A stretch of DNA of 63,017 bases, counting the filler, from Octopus bimaculoides (taxonomy: Eukaryota): assembly GCF_001194135.2 (NCBI RefSeq). It is 8 parts of 6 records of this genome, joined end to end, with 100 filler letters (N's around TTAATTAATTAA, not from the genome) between each part and the next. Parts side by side here need not be neighbours in the genome. Positions count along the whole stretch, not along the records: positions 48,953 to 56,669 come from NC_068998.1; positions 56,770 to 61,036 come from NC_068982.1; positions 61,137 to 63,017 come from NC_068993.1; 5 more parts are not named here. One strand, 5' to 3'. How positions within the stretch are numbered: the stretch's first letter is position 1; every line of letters starts with the position of its first letter. Shown here piece by piece: positions 53,160 through 63,017 of this stretch. The notes below the pieces were generated by a model, which was not told the DNA's origin, did not search any database, and worked only from the letters and a program-made list of their open reading frames with translations. The translations under genes were made by a program, and so were the position numbers.

Positions 53160-54130
53160 CCTCAACTACCACCCACCCCCACCCTGCCCCTCCAACGCAC
53201 CATCTCCGACCTTCTGGCGACTCCAGTCCGAGCCGCTCCACCTCGCACATCTTCCCCAACCTACCCCTGCCCTTTTTCAAACGAGCCCACAACCTGCGTG
53301 ACCTCCTGGTCCACAGTTTCTTCCCTAAACTCACCTCCCAACTTGTCTCCCGCCTCACGCTTCCGCTCTTGCCCTACCTCTCCAACACCACCATCGTCAC
53401 AGGCCCCTATCATCGTACCTATCATATCACCGACTCCTTTACTTGCACTTCTAATAACGTCATTTACTGCATCTCCTGCTCTTTCTGCCCTTCTCTGTGC
53501 ATCACTTGACTGACCGGGTCATGGAGCAATTCCAAGACATCAGACCCGGCAATAACACCCCGGTCTCGCGCCATTTCCGCTCTACCTGTCATTCACTACA
53601 ACACCTGTCTGTGTTCGAATTGTCTTTGCACAGGGGCCATCCGGACTCCCGCCTTCAGCGTGGACAAGATTTAATCTTATCTCTTCGCTCCTTTGCACCA
53701 TATAGACTCAACTCAACTCCTCTCTTCATCTGGCTCCCCTCCTCCCCTTTCTTCATTTGACGCCTACTTCCTCTTTTTCACTCCTACCCTCTCTTCATTG
53801 ATATCCCCCTACCATCCTCAACCCACATCCACACACCTACACCCCACTCCCACATGCCCGACCTCTAATTTTCCTTTACGGTATAACGTTGAAAACAGCT
53901 GTTTTTTTTAAAATAATTTTTGCATACACATTAGCGATCAGCTAAATCATCTATAGATTTTTTATGGTGAATATATATACTCTGATAGTATAGCTAACCC
54001 GGAATCAGCAAAACGAGCTCGCCTTACTGAAGATGGCAATGGAAATTGCCGGAACTAACCGGTCAGTCACTCACCGTAAACATTATTATTCAAATAAAAA
54101 ATTATCCAAAAACAAAAGCCGTCTCTCCTC
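53160..54130 (+). mobile_element. Penelope-like element 3' fragment (GIY-YIG) plus pseudo-LTR region
   Basis: NLRDLLVHS, FTCTSNNVIYCISC, PVSRHF; followed by a hammerhead-like motif at 54027. Confidence 0.85.
54027..54070 (+). ncRNA. Degenerate hammerhead-like motif downstream of a PLE GIY-YIG fragment
   Basis: CUGAAGA, GGCAAU/AUUGCC stem II, near-palindromic ACUAACCGGUCAGU then C. The GAAA core is mutated and no clear stem I is present. Confidence 0.4.
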
Positions 54131-54205
54131 ATTTTTTCACATATATAATACTGTACCTAGAACTTTCTTTTTATTCTTCTACTATATATATATAAGGGTG
54201 TGTGT

Positions 54206-54295
<90 letters not shown>

Positions 54296-54569
54296 TTATA
54301 TAAGAGTGAGGTTGAAGGGATATATTATCCGGGCGGATAGAATATTTGTTTTCAGTTAACTTCCAGTAAACGTTGAACTACAACAATCAGTATCTAACCT
54401 CTGTGACTACATTTAGTTGTTAGTTACTCCGTGAATTTTTTCCGGTGGGTAATTCCGTCTTCTCTTCGTTGGAGAGTAAAATTTGTCTGGGGTGTGTGTA
54501 TATTAATATTAGTAATAATATAGAGTATGGAGATTTTTACAACCAGAAAATTTATTTTATAGTCTTATA

Positions 54570-54830
54570 CAGCACATTATAATGACCTACACGTGTTTCT
54601 GCTGCAGTGACTACTCGCAGTTGCAAATGCAATGGTGGAATATTAGCGGTGCAGCTTCATCACGGTCCGTCCAATATTTCCCTTTATTCGATAAGGCTTA
54701 GCAGTTCTAATTAGTTCCCAAACGAAAGAATAGATATTATTTTTGTCTGTAATTGAACAAATTGGCCAATTAAAACCAAATTGATCTATTAAAGACAAAA
54801 ATAATAGCAAATTCTACGGATTGGAAATTA
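54570..54830 (-). mobile_element. Short PLE 3' remnant carrying a hammerhead
   Basis: DKNNIYSFVWELIRTAKPY resembles the PLE GIY-YIG tail and is directly followed by the HHR. Confidence 0.6.
54584..54668 (-). ncRNA. Hammerhead motif with long stem II loop, at the 3' end of a PLE fragment
   Basis: GACC-gUGAUGA-A-GCUGCA-(loop)-UGCAGC-A-GAA-ACACGUGU-A-GGUC: 4-bp stem I, palindromic stem III, C3 to G change. Confidence 0.65.
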
Positions 54831-55117
54831 ATTGGTGCTGCTAAGCTTTATCGAGTAGGGAAATAGCTACTTTATGTCTGTCTGTCTTTGTTTGTCCCCT
54901 CTATGTAACGCCGTTAATGGCGAATTTATTGAAATAGAGTAGAGAAATAACTGTGCCGCCGTGTATCGAACTCATAGCCTGACGGTCTTGAGCCACTTAC
55001 TCTAACCACTTAGCCACACGCGTTCAGACGCGCGCACTTGCACACGTGCGCGCGCATATAAGTAATACCGATGCATACGTATATATGAAATATAATACAT
55101 ATGTATATAATATATCA

Positions 55118-55522
55118 TAGTCGTAGGAGTGGCTGTGTGGTAAGTAGCTTGCTTACCAACCACATGCTTCCTGGTCCAGTCCCACTGCGTGGCACCTTGG
55201 GCAAGTGTCTTCTATTATAGCCTCGGGCCGACCAAAGCCTTGTGAGTGGATTTGGTAGACGGAAACTGAAAGAAGCCCGTCGTATATATGTATGTATATA
55301 TGTATGTTTGTGTATATGTTGGTGTGTCTGTGATTGTCCCCCCACCCCAACAGCGCTTGACAACCGATGGTGGTGTGTTTACGTCCCCGTAACTTAGCGG
55401 TTCGGCATAAGTGACCGTTAGAATAAGTACTAGGCTTCTAAAGAATAAGTCCTGGGGCGATTTGCTCGACTAAAGGCGGTGCTCCAGCATGGCCACAGTC
55501 AAATGACTGAAACAAGTAAAAA
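55118..55522 (+). mobile_element. SINE family A, full length
   Basis: High identity to 25224-25610. Confidence 0.9.
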
Positions 55523-55543
55523 ATATATGTATATAAATTTTAA

Positions 55544-55574
<31 letters not shown>

Positions 55575-56614
55575 ATTTTTTATTATATCTATATATATAA
55601 ATTATATGTATATATATACATTTTAATTATATGTATATATACACACGCGCATACGCAGACACACACTGACACGCACGCACACACACAGAAACACACACGC
55701 ATACACACATACAGACGCACATATTTTCATAACCACACGCACAAATACACACTCAGACGTATGTGAGTATGTATGCATTCATGTTTGTGTGTGTGTGTAT
55801 GTGTGTGTGTGTGGAGGTATTTGTGTACGTAGGGCGTTTCGTTTGTCAATGGGTGTATATTTACGTGCGTTTTCCGCTACTTAGTGTGTCAACAGTTATC
55901 CATACTCACACATACGCGTACGCACACACACAAACATATAGATTCACATATGTATGTGTGTACGTGAGCGTGCATATGTGTCTATGCATATATGTGTGTG
56001 TGTGGATACGCACACACATATATAAATGGGCAAATACATGCATACATGTATTTTTGCTCAAACATATATAATGCACTAAAGGTTCATACGCATTATTGAG
56101 CGAAAAATGGAGATATGAATGCATTCAAGCGTACAATTAAATGTTTAATTTGTTTAGTGAGTATATATAAAGCCTATCACCAATGCGTATTTACGTGTAT
56201 GAGTATCTGTGTTTGAATGTGAGTGTGTGAATATGCGTGTGTGTGAGAGAGAGAGAGAGAGAGAGCATCCGATGTATGTGAGTGTATATACATAAGTGTA
56301 TGTGAAAGCCTTTATATTTGTATGCATGCCTAGAATAAATTCAAACCCATCTATTATATGCATAGTAACACAAATAATCCACCAATGCTACTTTAGATAT
56401 CTATCTATATTTACGTTTATAGATTCAAATCTTTTTATAGATATGCATAGGGGCGTAGGAGTGGCTATGTTGTAAGTAGCCAGCTTACGAGTCACATGGT
56501 CTCGGGTTCATTCCCACGGCGTGGCACCTTGGACAAGTGTCTTCTACTATAGCCTCGGGCCGACCAAAGACTTGTGAGTGGATTTGGTAGACGGAAACTG
56601 AAAGAAGCCCGTCG

Positions 56615-56669
<55 letters not shown>

Positions 56670-56769
56670 NNNNNNNNNNNNNNNNNNNNNNNNNNNNNNN
56701 NNNNNNNNNNNNNTTAATTAATTAANNNNNNNNNNNNNNNNNNNNNNNNNNNNNNNNNNNNNNNNNNNN

Positions 56770-57175
56770 TATATTCTCTTTTATTCTCTTTTACTTGTTT
56801 CAGTCATTTGACTGTGGCCAAGCTGGAGCACCGACTTTAGTCGAGCAAATCGACCCCAGGACTTATTCTTTGTAAGCCTAGTACTTATTCTATCGGTATC
56901 TTTTGTCGAACCGCTAAGTTACGGGCACGTAAACACACCACCATCGGTTGTCAAGCGATGTTGAGGGGACAAACAGAGACACACAAACATATACACACAC
57001 ATATATACATATATACGACGGGCTTCTTTCAGTTTCCGTCTACCAAATCCACTCACAAGGCTTTGGTCGGCCCGAGGCTATAGTAGACACTTGCCCAAGT
57101 TGCCACGCAGTGGGACTGAACACAGAACCATGTAGTTCGTAAGCAAGCTACTTACCACATAACCACTCCTACGTC
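56770..57175 (-). mobile_element. SINE family A, full length, inverted relative to neighbours
   Basis: Reverse complement of 55118-55522 and of the head at 56450-56615. Confidence 0.9.
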
Positions 57176-57272
57176 GATATATATATATAAATACTGTACA
57201 TATGTATACACACATACATACATACATATATATACATATATATATATATACATATATNNNNNNNNNNATATG

Positions 57273-57304
<32 letters not shown>

Positions 57305-57897
57305 TGATAAACTAAAACAATATCGTGTTTATTCTTGAAATTTGTTTTCGAAGAACAACAACTTTTTTGTAGGCAGTTGCTCTCACGTTCTTTTCTAAAT
57401 CACACGTAAAAAAGACCTTAACAAACCCACATAAAAAAACATACCTGAACCACCAAACATAAACAAAGGAAATTAAAATTAGTATAAAACCATTTACACA
57501 TCCAATCTTGTCTTCTTTCTTTTCCGTACCATTTATATTAATTTCTTTTCTTCAATGTCTCAAACCTTATTGTAAATTCCCTTATTCTTGTAGTTCTTGT
57601 TAATGCTGTTAGTGCTGATGCAGTATTCAGTAGTATATACGTTATGATTTTTTTTTTAAATGTGTTTGTTATGATTTCCAATTATTGTGTTTGTTTTTGT
57701 CCATTTTTTGTTTTATTATTCCTTCATGTTTTTCCTTTCTATATTTAATAGCATTTATTTCATTATCTTTCCTTCTTTTTATTGTTATTCACGAATGTCT
57801 TTTTCAGTTTCCATTTTTTTATCATTATTATTATTACTGTAATCATCATCATCATCATCATCATCATTATTATTTTCATTATAATAATAATAATGAA

Positions 57898-57957
<60 letters not shown>

Positions 57958-57996
57958 CACTATTACTATTATTACTATTATTATTAGTAGTAGCAA

Positions 57997-58055
<59 letters not shown>

Positions 58056-59137
58056 TCGCTATTGTTCTTCAATGTTAGTTATAGTTGACCTCACAGTGTG
58101 TATCGTTGCTGACGCAGATTGTTCCTTTTTTTGTTGTTGTTGTTTACTAGCCTTTCCTAACATTTTTCCACCCCACCCCGCCCCCGTTTTACTTATACCT
58201 TGTAATATTTAATTTTAAAAAAAAATAAAAGAAATTTTCTGAATATATTTAGTTATTATTATTTTTTTTTTTTTTTTCGTTTCATTATTTTCTCATTTCA
58301 TTATTTTCATTTTCGAAATAAGCAAAAAATTCTCGGATAAGTAGCGACAAACTCTGTATAAATTAAATCTTGGTTAAGAGAAAAAGAAAATGAAGTCTGA
58401 GGTCTAATAATATATATACCTCTATGTCTGTGTGTGTGTGTGTGCATAGATACATACATGTATAGAAATATAGATAAATNNNNNNNNNNNNNNNNNNNNN
58501 NNNNNNNNNNNNNNNNNNNNNNNNNNNNNNNNNNNNNNNNNNNNNNNNNNNNNNNNNNNNNNNNNNNNNNNNNNNNNNNNNNNNNNNNNNNNNNNNNNNN
58601 NNNNNNNNNNNNNNNNNNNNNNNNNNNNNNNNNNNNNNNNNNNNNNNNNNNNNNNNNNNNNNNNNNNNNNNNNNNNNNNNNNNNNNNNNNNNNNNNNNNN
58701 NNNNNNNNNNNNNNNNNNNNNNNNATATATATATATACATATATATATATATACACACACATACACTCAAACACACGCACTCACACAGACATACATTCAT
58801 ACGTATTTACATATATAAGTTTAAATAGGAATTATATTAAACGGCAAATTTGCGCATGTGTGAGAATTTGTGAAAATATGTGTGTATGGGCGTGTATAAC
58901 CGCCGTACTTATCTGTGTGTAAACATATATAAACACAAAGAAAGAATATATATTCATGTTTACGCACCTGTATACGTCTATCTGTAAATTTGTGCGTGTG
59001 TGTATGTGTGCGCGTGCGTGTTTGTGTGTGCTGTGCGTGTGTTTCTGTGACCTGTGTGTTAGCATATGTGTGTGTGTATGCGTGTGTTGTGTGTACATTT
59101 GTGCGTGCATGTATATATGCATAAAAGCATAAAATAT

Positions 59138-59183
<46 letters not shown>

Positions 59184-60288
59184 GGATAGATAGGTAGATA
59201 GATGAGCAGTGTATGAATATGCATACTTGTATGCGTGTATTTGCATACACGTATGCATTCATATGTATGTATGTAAGCCTGTATGCATATATGTATGCAC
59301 ACATGCATGTATGTATGCATGTATGTATGTATATGTGTGTGTGTGTTTTTGTGTGTGTGAGTGTGCACGTTCCTACGCATGTACGTACGTATGCATATAT
59401 GTATGCATGCATGTATGTATGTATGTATGAATGTGTTTGCGTGTGTGTGCACGTACGTACGTACGTATATATGCATGTATGTATGTACTTGTGTATTACA
59501 AAGTTGTTGGCAGCATATTATATTAGTGGCAATTGCTGAAATATTTCTTCCATGTATTTTGAAATAACTTTTTGTTTCTCTTTTTGTTATGTTATTTTAC
59601 TCATTTTTTTTTATGTATATTTACAAATTTTTCTTTGTCCTAACATTTTGTTTACAATCAAAAATACATTTACTCGTCTTTTTTTTTTCACTATAACATT
59701 ATTATACTTGTTTGTTGCTGTTGTTTATCTGTCTATCTTGTTGTTACTTTTGTTGATATAGTGCTGTCGTTGTTGCTGTTGTCACTATTGTGTGTAGGTG
59801 TGTGCATGAGTTTGCATAATATATATATATATATATATANNNNNNNNNNNNNNNNNNNNNNNNNNNNNNNNNNNNNNNNNNNNNNNNNNNNNNNNNNNNN
59901 NNNNNNNNNNNNNNNNNNNNNNNNNNNNNNNNNNNNNNNNNNNNNNNNNNNNNNNNNNNNNNNNNNNNNNNNNNNNNNNNNNNNNNNNNNNNNNNNNNNN
60001 NNNNNNNNNNNNNNNNNNNNNNNNNNNNNNNNNNNNNNNNNNNNNNNNNNNNNNNNNNNNNNNNNNNNNNNNNNNNNNNNNNNNNNNNNNNNNNNNNNNN
60101 NNNNNNNNNNNNNNNNNNNNNNNNNNNNNNNNNNNNNNNNNNNNNNNNNNNNNNNNNNNNNNNNNNNNNNNNNNNNNNNNNNNNNNNNNNNNNNNNNNNN
60201 NNNNNNNNNNNNNNNNNNNNNNNNNNNNNNNNNNNNNNNNNNNNNNNNNNNNNNNNNNNNNNNNNNNNNNNNNNNNNNNNNNNNNNNN

Positions 60289-60326
<38 letters not shown>

Positions 60327-60630
60327 AATGTATGTATGTATGTATGTATGTATGTGTGTTTATGATATGCGTCAAATATGTATATATATTTATGTAAGAT
60401 GTGTGTGTGAGCGTGTGTGCGTGTGTGCGTATGTGTGTGTGCGTGTTTGTGTGTGTATGTGTGCGTGAGTGTGTATAGATATTTGTATTATAGTATAGTA
60501 TAAATGTATATTTGTGTTTGTGTGGAGCTTATATTATGTCTGTCTGCTTTTCTGTACGTCTGTCTGTCTCTTTGTATGTATGTATGTATGTGTGTATGTA
60601 TGTATTCATGCATACATGCATGCATGTATG

Positions 60631-60696
<66 letters not shown>

Positions 60697-61338
60697 CATG
60701 CATGTATGTATGTAATGTATGCATGTGTGTATGCATGTATGTATGTACGTATGTATTTATGTGTGTGTGTATCTACGTATGCATGTATGGATGCATGTAT
60801 TAATGTATACATGTATTTCTTCTTTTTTTTTTTTGTTTTTGGTTTCCCTCCTTTCAGGCATGTAATAATTTATTTAACTGCAGCCACATAAAATATCAGT
60901 AACAACAACAACAGCAACAACAACAACCACAACAACAACAGCAGCAGCAACATGAAGAGAAGCCACCATTATAATAAAGACGACAACGACGACGATGAGA
61001 ACAACCGATAATGAAAATGGTGGTGTTGGTAACGGANNNNNNNNNNNNNNNNNNNNNNNNNNNNNNNNNNNNNNNNNNNNTTAATTAATTAANNNNNNNN
61101 NNNNNNNNNNNNNNNNNNNNNNNNNNNNNNNNNNNNAATCTCTGAACGAGGTGTTAACAGTAACTGCACGATAAAGTGAAGTATATTTGCCATTTAAATG
61201 TGGCTGACCCCTAAGGGTGGATGTTACTGTTGCTTTTAGCCCCAGGAGAACATCTCCTCCAGCTGGCTTATCGACACATATCTGTGTCCTGTCTATTTTT
61301 GCCAAGGGAAGTTATCCTTCCCATCTTGATCTGCGATA

Positions 61339-61383
61339 CGTACGGACCCGAGTTTCAAGGTTATTTCCCTTCTTCAGCGTACG
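61339..61383 (-). ncRNA. Minimal type I hammerhead ribozyme with intact core
   Basis: Minus strand reads CGUACG-CUGAAGA-AGGG-aaauaa-CCUU-GAA-AC-ucgg-GU-C-CGUACG: 6-bp stem I, 4-bp stem II, GUC cleavage triplet, self-complementary stem III. Confidence 0.8.
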
Positions 61384-61718
61384 ATAATATATATATATAC
61401 ATGTATGTATGTATGTATGTATGTATGTATGCACACATACGCACGCACAAAGGGTTGTCCCGAAAATAATGCAAAAGTAGATGTAACTTCCTCATTTATT
61501 GACATAACTCGTAATTACAAAACGAATAATTTTGTCATTTTATTTTATTTTTCCAGAATTTGAACTTATTGCAAGAGGCGTTTATATACGGAAACTATTA
61601 CGGAAATAGCTTCAATAGGGGAGGTAAATAATGAGAAACTATATAGAGTTACTTTCCTTGCATTAAGGATGTAAATACTTAATAGTGTCAGTGGATTAAT
61701 AAAAACGTTAGTGTGTGT

Positions 61719-62625
61719 AAGGCGGCGAGCTGGCAGAAACGTTAGCACGCCGGGTGAAATGCTTAGCGGTATTTCGTCTGCCGCTACGTTCTGAGTTCAA
61801 ATTCCGCCGAGGTCGACTTCGCCTTTCATCCTTTCGGGGTCGATTAAATAAGTACCAGTTACGCACTGGGTCGATATAATCGACTTAATCCGTTTGTCTG
61901 TCCTTGTTTGTCCCATCTGTGTGTAGCCCCTTGTGGGCAGTAAAGAAATAGGAAACGTTAGCACGCCGGGCGAAATACTTAGCGGTATTTCGTCTGCCAC
62001 TACGTTCTGAGTTCAAATTCGCTGAGGTCAACTTTGCCTTTCATCTTTACGGGGTCGATAAATTAAGTACCAGTTGCGCACTGGGGTCGATCTAATCAAC
62101 TGGTCCTCTCCCCTCAAAAATTTCGGGCCTTGTGCCTAGAGTAGAAAAGAAACGTTAGTGTGTGTGACAAAATGTCTTGCAATATTTCATTATGTCCCCT
62201 TAAAGCGGTAAGCCAGCAGGACCGTTAACATGCCGGACAAAATGCTTAGCGTCATTTCATCTGTCTTTACGTTCTGAGTTCAAATTCCGCCGAGTCAACT
62301 TTGCCTTTCATCCTTTCAGGGTCGATAAGATAAGTTGAACCGTGGGGTCGATGTAATCAACTTACCCCTTCCCCGAAATTGCTGGCCTTGTGATCAATAT
62401 TTCAGTATGGTCCTTAAAGCAGCTGGCAGAATCGTTAGCTGGTCGGACAAAATGCTTAGCGGCATTTCGTCCGACTTTACGTTCTGAATTTAAATTCTGC
62501 CGGGGTTGAATTAGCCTTCCATCCTTTGGGGGTCAATAAAATAAATACTCCCTGAGCATTGGGGTCGATATAATCGACTTGTACCCTCTCCGAAATTGCG
62601 GGTCGTGTACCAAAATTTGAAACCA
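61719..62625 (+). mobile_element. Head-to-tail array of four SINE family B units
   Basis: Repeated cgttagc...gttctgagttcaaattc...ggggtcgat blocks. The first two units are bracketed by a 16-bp direct repeat. Confidence 0.9.
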
Positions 62626-63017
62626 CTTTTAGAACAACAAAACGCGAAAAGGTAGTGTTTCACAGTATTTCGTAGATGTGTCGCAAGTTAAATAAAGAAT
62701 ATTAACCAATAATAGTTTAAAACCATTATTGAGTCATCAGTACTGTTCATGTGATATTTGGACGAATGCTGTCAAAAATGAGAGATTTAAGAGCAAAAAA
62801 TCGGTTTTCTATTCAGTTTTTCGTAATTGTAGGTCATACGTGGATGAATTCTGAGCAAATCTGAGTCTCCTAACATTATTCTTAGGATGATTAAATAACG
62901 TGTAAAGTTTGAACGCAATCCACCGAAGCAGTTAGAAATATTTGAAGATTTAAAGGGGAAAAAAGTGTATAAAATAGATTTTTTTCGCAGTTTTTCGCAG
63001 TTTTTTGTCGCACAGAG

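Noticed and set aside
54950-55022. tRNA-like sequence with A and B boxes on the minus strand
   Set aside because: No convincing cloverleaf, and it continues into SINE-type body sequence; it is a SINE head, not a tRNA gene.
24389-61092. Seven regularly recurring TTAATTAATTAA palindromes
   Set aside because: Each sits between two 44-N runs, so they are scaffolding spacers and not genomic DNA or a CRISPR-like array.

Overview
Repeat-saturated, AT-rich eukaryotic draft-assembly DNA with many N gaps. The SINE families, microsatellite density and gap style suggest an octopus or other coleoid cephalopod genome (inference, not searched). Most ORFs in the supplied track are microsatellite or gap artefacts. 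By hand I reconstructed a spliced minus-strand gene from five phase-compatible small exons (49386 to 34851). It encodes a type I membrane protein: signal peptide, Thr/Pro-rich mucin-like stalk, CxxxC, one TM helix and a Ser/Arg-rich cytoplasmic start; the 3' end is unresolved. The rest is mobile DNA: R4/Dong-like REL LINE fragments in (TAA)n, several Penelope-like elements (PLEs), mariner/Tc1 and hAT remnants, a probable solo LTR, MITE-like elements and at least four tRNA-derived SINE families, some with clear target-site duplications (TSDs). Several minimal hammerhead-ribozyme (HHR) motifs are present, one with a fully intact catalytic core (61339-61383). No CRISPR array, rRNA or convincing tRNA gene was seen.
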